64,000 nt of DNA from Escherichia phage vB_EcoM_005, in the sequence record MK295203; one strand, written 5' to 3'. Shown in pieces: positions 37,492 through 47,682 of this stretch (positions within the stretch are counted from its first letter, which is position 1; every line of letters starts with the position of its first letter). The notes beneath the pieces were generated by a model, which was not told where the DNA came from, searched no databases, and saw only the letters and a program-made list of their open reading frames with translations. The translations under genes were made by a program, and so were the position numbers.

Positions 37492-38510
37492 AAATTTTGA
37501 ATATAGGCGATTTGCATATCGGAGTAAAAGCCGACGACCCCTGGATTCAAGAAATCCAGCTTAACGGTATTAAACAGGCGGTAGAATATTCTAAAGCAAA
37601 CAATATTGATACGTGGATTCAATATGGTGATTGGTTCGATGTACGCAAGGCTATCACCCATAAATGTATGGAATTTAATCGTGGTCTAGTGGAAATTATC
37701 AGTGATGCAGGTATTAAAGTCCACGTTATAATTGGCAACCACGATGCAACGTTTAAAAATAGCATAACTCCTAATGCGGTTTCTGAACTTCTTACTCAGT
37801 ATGAAAATTTTACTATTTACGAGAAACCTACTACGGTTAACTTTGATGGCACTGAAATTGATTTGATTCCATGGATGTGTGAAGAAAACACGACTGATAT
37901 CATGGACCATATCAAAAATACTACTGCAGATTTCTGTATAGGTCACTGGGAATTAAATGGTTTCTATTTCTATAAAGGAATGAAATCTCACGGTTTAGAA
38001 CCTGATTTCCTTAAGAAGTATAAGCAAGTATGGTCTGGCCACTTCCACACCATTTCCGATGCAGCAAACGTTAAGTATATTGGTACGCCATGGACCCTGA
38101 CTGCAGGTGATGAAAATGACCCTCGCGGCTTCTGGATTTTCGATACAGAAACTCATAAGATGGATTTTGTCATCAATGAAACCTGTTGGCACCGTAAGAT
38201 TCATTATCCTAACGCGACTATCGATTACAAAGATTTTACAAATATCGCAGTTCGTGTTATAGTCGATAAAATCGATGACGGGCTTACTAAGTTCGAATCT
38301 GAACTTGAAAAGGTTGTCCACTCTTTACGTATTGTGTCTAAGGTAGATAACAGTGTTGATATCGATGATTCTGAAGAGGAAGATGAAGTCAAGTCCCTCT
38401 TGGACATGATGTATGATTATATCGATGCCCTTCCTGACGGCCACACTGAAGACGATGTTAAAGCCCTTAAGACTATGGCTGCACAACTTTATAATGAGGT
38501 TACACGATGA
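37488..38510 (+). CDS. 47: recombination endonuclease subunit gp47 (Mre11-like)
   Basis: calcineurin-like phosphoesterase motifs GDLH, GDWFD, GNHD, GHWE/GH.H; 340 aa; followed by gp46. Confidence 0.9.
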   Translation: MKILNIGDLHIGVKADDPWIQEIQLNGIKQAVEYSKANNIDTWIQYGDWFDVRKAITHKCMEFNRGLVEIISDAGIKVHVIIGNHDATFKNSITPNAVSELLTQYENFTIYEKPTTVNFDGTEIDLIPWMCEENTTDIMDHIKNTTADFCIGHWELNGFYFYKGMKSHGLEPDFLKKYKQVWSGHFHTISDAANVKYIGTPWTLTAGDENDPRGFWIFDTETHKMDFVINETCWHRKIHYPNATIDYKDFTNIAVRVIVDKIDDGLTKFESELEKVVHSLRIVSKVDNSVDIDDSEEEDEVKSLLDMMYDYIDALPDGHTEDDVKALKTMAAQLYNEVTR

Positions 38511-38770
38511 CTTTAGACGAATTCAAAAAATCAGGCCTCGAACTAGAACACGACTGTATCGTTATTGATGACGATGGACAGCCTAGTACAATCAAGTTCT
38601 GGTTCGAGGCCGTGAGCACCCGTGATACCAACGAGCTTATTAAAGTCTATGTTGCCACCGATTGGGCTGTGGAATTTAGCTTTAATGTAATGGTAGATGA
38701 TACTCCAGAAACATTAATCCATATGGCTGAATCATGCATCAAGGATGCTTATAACGATGAAGACTTTTAA
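38507..38770 (+). CDS. hypothetical protein
   Basis: 87 aa between 47 and 46. Confidence 0.45.
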   Translation: MTLDEFKKSGLELEHDCIVIDDDGQPSTIKFWFEAVSTRDTNELIKVYVATDWAVEFSFNVMVDDTPETLIHMAESCIKDAYNDEDF

Positions 38771-40241
38771 GTTAAAGAAAGTAACGTATAAAAATATTAT
38801 GTCGGTAGGCCAGCAACCTATTACAATCCAACTTGATAAGGTCCAAAAGACCTTAGTCACCGGTAAAAATGGCGCTGGGAAATCTACGTTCCTTGAAGCC
38901 GTTACATTTGCTCTGTTCGGTAAGCCTTTTCGTGATGTTAAGAAAGGGCAATTAATTAACTCAAGTAATAAGAAAGACCTTTTGGTCGAACTGTGGATGG
39001 AATATGATGGCAAAGAATACTACATCAAACGTGGGCAAAAACCCAACGTTTTTGAAATCTCTTGTGACGGTGAACGTCTTGATGAATCTGCCAGCAGTAA
39101 AGACTTCCAAGCGGAATTTGAACAGCTTATCGGAATGTCCTACACAAGCTTCAAACAGATTGTCGTACTTGGTACAGCAGGGTATACCCCTTTCATGGGT
39201 TTGTCGACCCCTGCGCGAAGAAAGCTCGTCGAAGACCTCTTAGAGGTTTCTGTATTAGCGGATATGGATAAGCTGAACAAATCTTTGATTCGTGAGACTA
39301 ATAGCCAAATCCAAGTAATCGACGTTAAACAGGATTCTATTACCCAGCAAATTAAAATTTATAATGACAACGAAGAACGTCAGCGTAAATTATCCGGGGT
39401 CATCGTCGATGATGACCCTAGCGACTCTATGAGTGACCTGAGTAATAAAGGATTTGCAATCAAGAATGATATGGCAACCTTTACTAAGGTCGTGAAATTA
39501 TACGAAACCGGCGGTAGTTGTCCTACATGTATGCAAGGATTGGAAGAGCACGGAAATATCCTTACTAAAATTAAGGATAAGAATTTTGAGCTTCAAAAAT
39601 CTTTGGATAAGATTAATGAGCAGTACCAAGAACTCAAGCTCATTAAGGACCAAGTAACCGAACAACGTAATAAAGCGTTGGCTATTAAATCTCAGATAGC
39701 TACTCATAAGCAACAAGCCATTACTGCCGTAGAGAAAGCTAAAAAAGTTAAAGTATTAATCGACCAAGCAGCTGCTGAGTTCGTAAGTAATGCCGAAGAG
39801 ATTGCCGCGCTTCAAGCAGAGCTTGATAAAATCGTCTCTACCAAATCGTCCTTAGTAATGGAAAAATATCATCGTATTATGGAAGCCGACTACGTCTTTA
39901 CACTGGACGAAGAGTTCAATGAGACGATTAAATCACGTGGACGTGAAGACTTTAGTTATGCTTCATTTTCACAGGGTGAGAAAGCACGTATTGATATCGC
40001 ACTACTTTTTACATGGCGTGATATTGCTTCTAAGGTATCAGGTGTTAATATCAGCACGTTAATTCTTGATGAGGTATTTGACAGTGCTACTGACGCTGAA
40101 GGCGTTAAGACCATTGCAACCATCTTGAATAGCCTTGAGGATACGAACGTGTTCATTATTTCTCACCGAGACCATGACCCACAAGCTTATGGCCAGCATC
40201 TTCAAATGAAGAAAGTTGGACGATTCACGGTGATGGAATGA
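38757..40241 (+). CDS. 46: recombination endonuclease subunit gp46 (Rad50/SbcC-like ATPase)
   Basis: Walker A GKNGAGKST, coiled-coil middle, signature/Walker B FSQGEKARIDIALLF...LILDEVFD; matches recalled T4 gp46 ends. Confidence 0.9.
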   Translation: MKTFKLKKVTYKNIMSVGQQPITIQLDKVQKTLVTGKNGAGKSTFLEAVTFALFGKPFRDVKKGQLINSSNKKDLLVELWMEYDGKEYYIKRGQKPNVFEISCDGERLDESASSKDFQAEFEQLIGMSYTSFKQIVVLGTAGYTPFMGLSTPARRKLVEDLLEVSVLADMDKLNKSLIRETNSQIQVIDVKQDSITQQIKIYNDNEERQRKLSGVIVDDDPSDSMSDLSNKGFAIKNDMATFTKVVKLYETGGSCPTCMQGLEEHGNILTKIKDKNFELQKSLDKINEQYQELKLIKDQVTEQRNKALAIKSQIATHKQQAITAVEKAKKVKVLIDQAAAEFVSNAEEIAALQAELDKIVSTKSSLVMEKYHRIMEADYVFTLDEEFNETIKSRGREDFSYASFSQGEKARIDIALLFTWRDIASKVSGVNISTLILDEVFDSATDAEGVKTIATILNSLEDTNVFIISHRDHDPQAYGQHLQMKKVGRFTVME

Positions 40242-40429
40242 GTGATTTTATAACAGGCCAGCATCTGTTGGCCGTTCCTGAACTAAAGCGGTATGTTTTA
40301 GTTAATAACTTCTCTGGAGACGAACATCTTGTTACTGAAGATTATCTCCGAAATGCTTTTAAGTCAGAGTATGATAGAATCATGTCGAACAGGAACCCTG
40401 CCTGGTTCGTTTATGAATACTTTGATTAA
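40238..40429 (+). CDS. hypothetical protein
   Basis: 63 aa. Confidence 0.4.
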   Translation: MSDFITGQHLLAVPELKRYVLVNNFSGDEHLVTEDYLRNAFKSEYDRIMSNRNPAWFVYEYFD

Positions 40430-40491
40430 ACGTTAAGTGCTTTAAAATATTGATTTATAATACATCTACCAACCAAATGAGAGAAAATATT

Positions 40492-40905
40492 ATGTTTGCC
40501 AACGCTATTACTGTTAAAGATATCCAAGTTAAAACCATTCGTACTGATTCCAACCCACATAATCAAAACCGTATCCGTAAATCATGGGTACTGAATATTG
40601 ATACCAACTCTGCACGTCGCCTGCAATCTCTTCCACAAGAAACTAAGTTCATGCTCTACGGTATCATTGATAACGACGTATCCGATAAGTGGGTAGAAAT
40701 TATGCGTCGCCACTATAATGATTCACTGGCCGCAGGTGCTAAACTGGTTATCGACCGTGATGGTTCTGAACGTCTCGAAGATGATTATTGCGTAGATTTT
40801 GACGAACAACTGCTTGAAGCTGGTGCTATTGTTGCTTCCCAGATTCCAGAGTATATTGAATCTCTGCCTGAATCCATTCGTAAACAAATGATCGTTATTG
40901 CTTAA
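40492..40905 (+). CDS. rpbA: RNA polymerase-binding protein RpbA-like
   Basis: 137 aa directly upstream of gene 45 as in T4. Confidence 0.6.
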   Translation: MFANAITVKDIQVKTIRTDSNPHNQNRIRKSWVLNIDTNSARRLQSLPQETKFMLYGIIDNDVSDKWVEIMRRHYNDSLAAGAKLVIDRDGSERLEDDYCVDFDEQLLEAGAIVASQIPEYIESLPESIRKQMIVIA

Positions 40906-40933
40906 TTAATTTTTGACTTGATAAGGAAACATT

Positions 40934-41632
40934 ATGAAATTCTCTAAAGAAACTCTGAACATTCTGAAAAACTTCTCCGGTATTAACCCAGGTATCATGC
41001 TTAAACCTGGTAACACTATTCTAACTCGTTCAGTAACGGGTGCAAGTTATGGTGAAGCTACTGTAAATGACACCTTTGATATCGAAGCCGCAATTTATGA
41101 TTTGAACGGCTTCTTAAGTATTCTGTCATTGGTATCTGATAGTGCTGAAGTTTCGGTAAGTGAAGACCAAACCACTTTAATTATTAAAGACCAACGTTCA
41201 ACTATTAAGTGGCCTATTGCCGACCCAAGCACAATTGCATTCCCAAGCAAAGCTATTCCGTTCCCAGTGGCTGAAGTTATTTTTGACCTTAAAGCTGAAG
41301 ATTATCAACAGTTGATGCGGGTGTCCTCTGGACTGAGTATTGATACATTTGCTATTACTGTAGACAATGGTAAAATTGTAATCAATGGTTACAAACAAGT
41401 TGATGATAAGGACCTGGCACGCCCATTGTATTCCTTAGTGGTTGCAGACCATGATGGCCCTGAATTCAAATTCATTATTAACAAAACTAATATGAAAATG
41501 ATGCCGGCCGATTACCATGTTCTGTTATGGGCACGCGGTGAAGGTCAGGACGCTCGTTTCGCTGCTAAGTTTGAAGGTTCACAAGCTTCTTACGTATTAG
41601 CTATGGAAGCAGGCTCAAGCCACTCGTTCTAA
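40934..41632 (+). CDS. 45: sliding clamp gp45
   Basis: NFSGINPGIMLKPG..ILTRSV.G..YGEA...D..D.EAAIYDLNGFLSILSLV matches recalled T4 gp45; 232 aa. Confidence 0.95.
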   Translation: MKFSKETLNILKNFSGINPGIMLKPGNTILTRSVTGASYGEATVNDTFDIEAAIYDLNGFLSILSLVSDSAEVSVSEDQTTLIIKDQRSTIKWPIADPSTIAFPSKAIPFPVAEVIFDLKAEDYQQLMRVSSGLSIDTFAITVDNGKIVINGYKQVDDKDLARPLYSLVVADHDGPEFKFIINKTNMKMMPADYHVLLWARGEGQDARFAAKFEGSQASYVLAMEAGSSHSF

Positions 41633-42096
41633 TGTATATATGTTATCATAATACGATAACCAACACTAAAACCAAGTGTGTCTATCATTATTTTGGTAGA
41701 CACCGTGTTACTGCTGAAGAATACTACGGTACAGGTAAGTTTGTTAAGAAATGCAAACGAGAAAATGCTATTACTCCAGGTCTTTGGGAGTTTTGTGTTG
41801 AAGTTATCCATACAGTGGATACGTTTAAAGAAGCCAAGATTATTGAAGAAGAGCTTGTTAAAGAAGGCATATCAAAATATGGTATCCTTTGTGTTAATAA
41901 GAATCCTGGTGGTGATGGCGGTGTGGATTACCACACCGAAGAATCTAAACGTAAAATGTCAGAAACTAGAACAGGAAAATCAAGAATATTTTCCGAAAGT
42001 CATAAAGAAAATTTAAGTAAACGAGCCAGAAAATACTCTGATGTTTGGTCCGAACCTGTATATTCAAATCTTAAAACCATTTGGCTGGAAACAGGT
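41632..42096 (+). mobile_element. GIY-YIG endonuclease-like module, in-frame with downstream gene 44 (no stop codon)
   Basis: CVYHYFGRH...YYGTGKF (GIY/YIG), FCVEVIH..EAKIIEEELV, NKNPGG, then NUMOD3-like HTEESKRKMSETRTGKSR...SESHKENLSKRARKY; ATG overlaps gene 45 stop. Confidence 0.55.
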
Positions 42097-43068
42097 ATGT
42101 TATTAAATGGTTTAACTATTAATGAAAACGACTTCATGTGGGAACAGAAATATCGTCCAGGTACTTTATCTGAGTGTATTCTGCCTGCGCATGATAAAGA
42201 AACCCTCCAAGCCATTGTTAATAAGGGCCTAATCCCTAACATTATCCTAGTCTCTGCTTCACCAGGCACAGGTAAAACTACCGTAGCTAAAGCATTGTGT
42301 GCTGATACAAATTCAGATATGCTGTTTGTTAACGGTTCTGACTGCCGTATTGATTTCGTTCGTAACGAACTTACTCGTTTTGCATCTTCTAAATCTATCG
42401 AAGGTAAGCGTAAGGTAATTGTTATCGACGAATTCGACCGCGCTGGTGTTGCTGAAGCTCAACGTCACCTTCGTTCGTTCTTAGAAGCCTATTCCTCAAA
42501 CTGTTCTGTAATTATTACAGCAAACAATATTGATGGTATTATCGGTCCACTTCAATCCCGTTGTCGTGTTATTAAATTTGGTGAAGCCACTCCAGCCGAC
42601 CAAACATCCATGATGAAAGAAATGATTCATCGTGCTGTAGCAATCTGTAAAAACGAAAATATCGAAGTCGAAGACCTTAAAGTTATTGCCGCTTTAGTTA
42701 AACAAAACTTTCCTGACTTCCGTAAAACAGTTAACCAACTGGACCGTTACTCATCCAGTGGTAAAATCGATACAGGCATTTTGAGTATTGTAATGAATAC
42801 CAATTCGCCTATCGATGAAGTAGTGGCTGCACTTAAAGATAAAAACTTTAAAGAACTCCGTGCATTAGCTCCACGCCATGTCAATGACTATTCCAACTTT
42901 ATTATGTCACTGGCTAACGAACTCTATGGTAAATTGCCTGGACCAAGCATTGTTAGAATGTATGAAATTGTCGGTGAAAATAACCAATACCACGGTATTG
43001 CGGCTAACCCAGAAATTCACATGACTTATCTGTTCATCCAACTTGCTCTGGAGCTCCAATGGCTATAA
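42097..43068 (+). CDS. 44: clamp loader large subunit gp44 (coordinates from internal ATG)
   Basis: EQKYRPGTLSECILPAHDKET, Walker A SPGTGKTT, VIDEFDR, SRC motif QSRC; near-collinear with recalled T4 gp44. Confidence 0.9.
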   Translation: MLLNGLTINENDFMWEQKYRPGTLSECILPAHDKETLQAIVNKGLIPNIILVSASPGTGKTTVAKALCADTNSDMLFVNGSDCRIDFVRNELTRFASSKSIEGKRKVIVIDEFDRAGVAEAQRHLRSFLEAYSSNCSVIITANNIDGIIGPLQSRCRVIKFGEATPADQTSMMKEMIHRAVAICKNENIEVEDLKVIAALVKQNFPDFRKTVNQLDRYSSSGKIDTGILSIVMNTNSPIDEVVAALKDKNFKELRALAPRHVNDYSNFIMSLANELYGKLPGPSIVRMYEIVGENNQYHGIAANPEIHMTYLFIQLALELQWL

Positions 43069-43631
43069 GTCTTTTTGATGATGACGTTGAACTGAACGAA
43101 CATGAAGTTGCTTGGAAACAACGTAACGATGCTGCTATTCAAGCCTTGGCCGATTCATTTAAAGAAAAGGCTGAAAACGAATTGTTTGCCATTATGAACG
43201 ATATCACATATGGTAAGAACCAACGTAACTTGGCTCAGTCGGAAAACTACAATCAATTTTGGCTCGATAATAGTTTGAGCCAACATGTGGATTGCATTAT
43301 GCAGGCTGCAATGGTTAACTGTTTGAAACTTGATGACCAAAGTCATTTCAACTATCTTTTACATGCCGTTCCTAAGGGTAAGAGATTTGGTAAATGGGCT
43401 AAGGCCCATGATGATGAAGTTAGTGTAGTTTTTATTACTCGTTTATTGATGAAATACCATTCAATTAATAATGATGACGCTTATCGTTATCTCGAGACTT
43501 ATAAAATTAAAGGCCATCTTCCGGCAGTGCTTAAGAAGATGAAAGGGTTGGTTACTGACGAATTCCTGAAATCCGTAACCAAAAATGTTAAAGAACAAAA
43601 AGACTTGAAAAAGAAAGCATTGGAATGGTAA
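43059..43631 (+). CDS. 62: clamp loader small subunit gp62
   Basis: 190 aa, overlaps gene 44 stop, position between 44 and regA. Confidence 0.85.
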   Translation: MAISLFDDDVELNEHEVAWKQRNDAAIQALADSFKEKAENELFAIMNDITYGKNQRNLAQSENYNQFWLDNSLSQHVDCIMQAAMVNCLKLDDQSHFNYLLHAVPKGKRFGKWAKAHDDEVSVVFITRLLMKYHSINNDDAYRYLETYKIKGHLPAVLKKMKGLVTDEFLKSVTKNVKEQKDLKKKALEW

Positions 43632-43637
43632 ATTAAA

Positions 43638-44000
43638 ATGATTGAAATTACTCTGAAACAACCTGAAGACTTCTTGAAAGTGAAAGAGACCCTAACTCGT
43701 ATGGGTATCGCTAATAATAAAGAAAAGAAACTATATCAATCCTGCCACATTCTGCAAAAGCAAGGGCTATATTATATCGTCCACTTTAAAGAGATGTTGC
43801 GTATGGACGGCCGTCAAGTTGATATCGATGGTGAAGACTACCAACGTCGTGATTCAATTGCCCAGCTTCTTAAGGAGTGGGGACTGATTGATATTGTAGA
43901 TGAATCTGAACTGTTCGAAATCACCAATAACTTCCGTGTCATTTCCTTTAAGCAGAAAAATGACTGGGAACTACTGTCTAAGTACACCATTGGTAATTAA
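43638..44000 (+). CDS. regA: translational repressor RegA
   Basis: 120 aa; MIEITLKQPEDFLKVKETLTRMGIANNKEKKLYQSCHILQKQGLYYIVHFKEMLRMDGRQVDID matches recalled T4 RegA. Confidence 0.9.
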   Translation: MIEITLKQPEDFLKVKETLTRMGIANNKEKKLYQSCHILQKQGLYYIVHFKEMLRMDGRQVDIDGEDYQRRDSIAQLLKEWGLIDIVDESELFEITNNFRVISFKQKNDWELLSKYTIGN

Positions 44001-44120
44001 TATGATTCTTGAAATTTATAAGTTACTACATCCGGGACAGCAAGTCTTCCAGGCTATGATTAGAACTAAAGACGAATATGGCAATCCGTCTATTAAACGT
44101 TTTACAATAGAAATTTAAGC

Positions 44121-44142
44121 AAAGGGACTTCGGTCCCTTTTG
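44121..44142 (+). promoter_or_regulatory. hairpin upstream of gene 43: terminator and/or gene 43 translational operator
   Basis: aaagggacttcggtcccttt then tgg; lies ~55 nt upstream of the gene 43 SD. Confidence 0.5.
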
Positions 44143-44199
44143 GAGTATAATGATTCATCAACAAACAAAAGACAATCACTCGTCTATAAAGGAAATGAA

Positions 44200-46812
44200 A
44201 TGCAAGAATTCTATTTGACAGTCGAACAAATCGGTGATAATATTCTCGAACGTTACATCGATAAAAATGGTAACGAACGTAGTCGTGAAGTTCCTTACAA
44301 GCCTACAATGTTTATGCATGCTAATCCAGAGCAAGCCGTAAAATACATTGATATCTATGGTAAGGGTTGTGTTAAGAAAGAATTCGACTCTATGCGTGAT
44401 GCATCCCAATGGATGAAACGTATGGACGATATGGGTCTCGAAGCCCTGGGTATGGACGACTATAAATTAGCCTATTTGTCTGATACCTATCGTAAAGAAA
44501 TCAAATACGATTCTTCTAAGATTCGTATTGCTAACTTCGACATCGAGGTAACATCTCCTGATGGATTCCCTGAACCAGCTCAGGCTAAACATCCTATCGA
44601 TGCCATTACCCACTACGACTCGATTGACGATAAATTCTATGTATTCGACCTTTTAGTTTCACCTTATGGTACCGTTGAAGAGTGGTCTATTAAAATCGCT
44701 GAGAAACTCCAAGAAGAAGGTGGTGACGAAGTTCCACAAGAAATCATTGACAAAATCGTTTATCTTCCGTTTAATTCCGAAGAAGAAATGATGCTTGAGT
44801 ATCTGAATTTCTGGCAGCAGAAAACTCCTGTTATTTTGACTGGTTGGAACGTTGAGTCGTTTGACGTACCATACGTTTATAACCGTCTGAAAAATCTGTT
44901 TGGTGAGAACACTGCTAAGCGATTAAGCCCACACCGTAAGACTCGTGTTAAAGTTATCGAGAACATGTATGGTGCTCGTGAAATTATTACACTGTTCGGT
45001 ATCTCTGTTCTGGATTATATCGACCTTTATAAAAAATTCAGCTTTACCAACCAGCCTTCTTATTCTTTGGATTATGTTTCTGAATATGAATTGAAAGTAG
45101 GTAAGTTGAAATATGATGGTCCAATCTCCAAGTTACGTGAGACGAACCACCAACGATATATTTCCTATAACATTATCGACGTATATCGTGTAGTGCAGAT
45201 TGATATGAAACGCCAGTTCATTCTTCTGAGTTTGGACATGGGTTATTATGCTAAGATGCAGATTCAGTCGGTGTTCAGTCCAATTAAGACTTGGGACGCT
45301 ATTATCTTTAATAGCCTTAAAGAACAAGGCAAGGTCATTCCACAAGCTCGTTCACACGTGGTCCAACCTTATCCTGGTGCTTTCGTTAAGGAACCTATTC
45401 CTAACGCATACAAATATGTAATGAGTTTTGACCTTACATCTCTGTACCCGAGTATTATTCGACAAGTGAATATAAGCCCAGAGACCATCGCAGGCACATT
45501 CGCTAATGCACCGATACATGAATATATTGCCGGAACAGCTCCGCGTCCTAGCGACGTCTACAGTTGCTCTCCTAACGGCATGATGTACTATAAAGACCGT
45601 GATGGTGTGATTCCTACAGAAATCACTAAGGTGTTCTTACAACGTAAAGAACATAAAGGTTATATGCTTGCAGCTCAACGTAATGGCGAGTTAATTAAAG
45701 AAGCATTAGAAAATCCTAATCTGTCAGTTGATAGTCCACTGGATATCGATTATCGTTTTGACTTCTCTGACGAAATCAAAGCCAAGATTAAAACGCTGTC
45801 AGCACCTTCTTTAAAAGAAATGTTGTTCAGAGCCGAACGTACTGAAGTCGCAGGTATGACTGCTCAGATTAACCGTAAGTTGCTTATCAACTCCCTTTAT
45901 GGTGCACTTGGTAACGTATGGTTCCGTTACTATGACCTCAGGAACGCAACTGCAATCACACTGTTTGGTCAAATGGCCCTCCAATGGATTGAACGTAAGG
46001 TTAACGAATATCTGAACAGCGTGTGTAAGACTGAAAATCAGAAGTTCGTGCTCTATGGTGATACTGACTCCATTTATGTTAAGGCAGATGCAATCATCAA
46101 TAAAGTAGGCGAAGATAAATTCCGTGACACTAACCACTGGGTCGACTTCTTAGATAAATTTGCACGTGAACGTATGGAACCGGCTATTGATGCAGGCTTC
46201 CGTGAGATGTGCGAGTACATGAACAACAAACAACACTTGATGTTCATGGACCGAGAAGCTATCGCAGGTCCTCCACTTGGTTCTAAAGGTCTTGGTGGAT
46301 TCTGGACAGGCAAGAAACGTTATGCACTTAACGTTTGGGACATGGAAGGCACTCGTTATGCCGAACCACACTTGAAAATCATGGGTCTCGAAACTCAGAA
46401 ATCAAGTACACCTAAAGCGGTTCAGAAAGCTCTGAAAGAATGTATCCGTCGTATGCTTCAGGAAGGCGAGGCATCTTTGCAAGAATATTTCAAACAGTTT
46501 AATAAGGAATTTAACGAACTGGACTATGTAAGCATTGCAGCAGTATCCAGTGCTAACAACATCGAGAAATATAATGAAGGCGGATTGGTATATGTACTGC
46601 CACTTAAAGAAGGCAACCCATTCGGTGAAGCCTGTATGGCATGGCCGTCAGGTATTGAACTTCCGATTCAGATTCGTGACCAAGTCCTCCGTTGGATGGA
46701 CTACAACGTACTGTTCCAAAAGACCTTTATCAAGCCTCTGACTGGTTTTACCGAGTCTGCTAAAATCGACTACGAGAAAAAAGCAACATTATTTGACATG
46801 TTTGACTTTTAA
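44200..46812 (+). CDS. 43: DNA polymerase gp43 (family B)
   Basis: exo motifs FDIEV, YNIID; pol motifs DLTSLYPSII, KKRY (GKKRYALNVWDMEG), YGDTDS; very close to recalled RB69/T4 gp43. Confidence 0.95.
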   Translation: MQEFYLTVEQIGDNILERYIDKNGNERSREVPYKPTMFMHANPEQAVKYIDIYGKGCVKKEFDSMRDASQWMKRMDDMGLEALGMDDYKLAYLSDTYRKEIKYDSSKIRIANFDIEVTSPDGFPEPAQAKHPIDAITHYDSIDDKFYVFDLLVSPYGTVEEWSIKIAEKLQEEGGDEVPQEIIDKIVYLPFNSEEEMMLEYLNFWQQKTPVILTGWNVESFDVPYVYNRLKNLFGENTAKRLSPHRKTRVKVIENMYGAREIITLFGISVLDYIDLYKKFSFTNQPSYSLDYVSEYELKVGKLKYDGPISKLRETNHQRYISYNIIDVYRVVQIDMKRQFILLSLDMGYYAKMQIQSVFSPIKTWDAIIFNSLKEQGKVIPQARSHVVQPYPGAFVKEPIPNAYKYVMSFDLTSLYPSIIRQVNISPETIAGTFANAPIHEYIAGTAPRPSDVYSCSPNGMMYYKDRDGVIPTEITKVFLQRKEHKGYMLAAQRNGELIKEALENPNLSVDSPLDIDYRFDFSDEIKAKIKTLSAPSLKEMLFRAERTEVAGMTAQINRKLLINSLYGALGNVWFRYYDLRNATAITLFGQMALQWIERKVNEYLNSVCKTENQKFVLYGDTDSIYVKADAIINKVGEDKFRDTNHWVDFLDKFARERMEPAIDAGFREMCEYMNNKQHLMFMDREAIAGPPLGSKGLGGFWTGKKRYALNVWDMEGTRYAEPHLKIMGLETQKSSTPKAVQKALKECIRRMLQEGEASLQEYFKQFNKEFNELDYVSIAAVSSANNIEKYNEGGLVYVLPLKEGNPFGEACMAWPSGIELPIQIRDQVLRWMDYNVLFQKTFIKPLTGFTESAKIDYEKKATLFDMFDF

Positions 46813-46814
46813 GT

Positions 46815-46843
46815 GTTTACATACCACATGGAACGTGGTAGTA
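46815..46843 (+). promoter_or_regulatory. T4-type early promoter
   Basis: GTTTACataccacatggaacgtggTAGTATccttcctatcaa. Confidence 0.6.
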
Positions 46844-46875
46844 TCCTTCCTATCAACTACTTAGAGGAAATTACA

Positions 46876-47112
46876 ATGGAAGCTTTAATCGTTAGTGCTG
46901 GTGTTTTAGGATTCGGTTCTCTGGCTATTATGTTCATTGGTTACTTTTTACCATGGATTTTAGCTCTTCTGCGAGGCACTCGTAGTAATGTAGGAATTTT
47001 CTTCCTTAATCTCCTGTTAGGTTGGACGATGATTGGTTGGGTAGTGGCTTTAATCTGGGCTATCGCTGCTGAACGTAAATCAAATGCACAAATCATTATT
47101 GTTAAACAGTAA
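46876..47112 (+). CDS. imm: Imm-like small membrane protein (superinfection immunity family)
   Basis: 78 aa, two TM helices (LIVSAGVLGFGSLAIMFIGYFLPWILALL / GIFFLNLLLGWTMIGWVVALIWAI); directly after gene 43 as T4 imm. Confidence 0.55.
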   Translation: MEALIVSAGVLGFGSLAIMFIGYFLPWILALLRGTRSNVGIFFLNLLLGWTMIGWVVALIWAIAAERKSNAQIIIVKQ

Positions 47113-47121
47113 GGGAATCCA

Positions 47122-47622
47122 ATGAAAAAGTTAATTATCGCAATGAGTATGCTCCTATCAGGTTGCGCAGTCCAATATGGTGATGCAGTTTCGGCCGATG
47201 AAGTTGGTAAAGCTCGTATCGCAGCTGAACAGAAACAATTCGATGGCGAAATGAAATTCCGTGCAGGTTCAGGACTTGTGTATACCCGAGCTAATAATCA
47301 ATGTGGTAATAACTGTGCAAAATATGCTCAACATGAAATCGAATTCCAACGTGAACAAGAGTCCAAGCGTGAAGCGGTACTAGCCAAACACCAGGCAGAA
47401 ATGAAGCGCCAAGATGATTTGTATAAAAAGCAGAAATTGTATGCGATGTGCGTAAACCATATCAATCTACAGATTTCTATCCATGAGGCCCGTTATTACG
47501 AAATGCTCGAAACCGAGAGCTTTGATAAGGCCCGTGATTATAAGAAACAAATCAATAAGCTCAAGACCAAAGTGCCGGCAGCAATAGAACAGTGTATCGA
47601 AATCGGTAAAGATAAGATTTAA
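47122..47622 (+). CDS. lipoprotein, hypothetical
   Basis: signal peptide with lipobox LLSGC; coiled-coil rich mature part. Confidence 0.5.
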   Translation: MKKLIIAMSMLLSGCAVQYGDAVSADEVGKARIAAEQKQFDGEMKFRAGSGLVYTRANNQCGNNCAKYAQHEIEFQREQESKREAVLAKHQAEMKRQDDLYKKQKLYAMCVNHINLQISIHEARYYEMLETESFDKARDYKKQINKLKTKVPAAIEQCIEIGKDKI

Positions 47623-47682
47623 GCAGTATCAATTTATTAAAAATAGTGTATAATGTACCTACATTCACTTGAGGAACAGATA

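Noticed and set aside
41632-42096. Group I intron carrying the GIY-YIG ORF inside gene 44
   Set aside because: The endonuclease module lies upstream of, not within, the gp44 coding sequence, gp44 homology is uninterrupted from the internal ATG, and I could not see conserved intron core elements; the latter cannot be verified without a covariance search.
46813-46875. Longer Imm-like ORF starting at 46813
   Set aside because: That start lies inside the early promoter (GTTTAC at 46815); the ATG at 46876 after SD agagga gives a 78-aa protein of the expected size.
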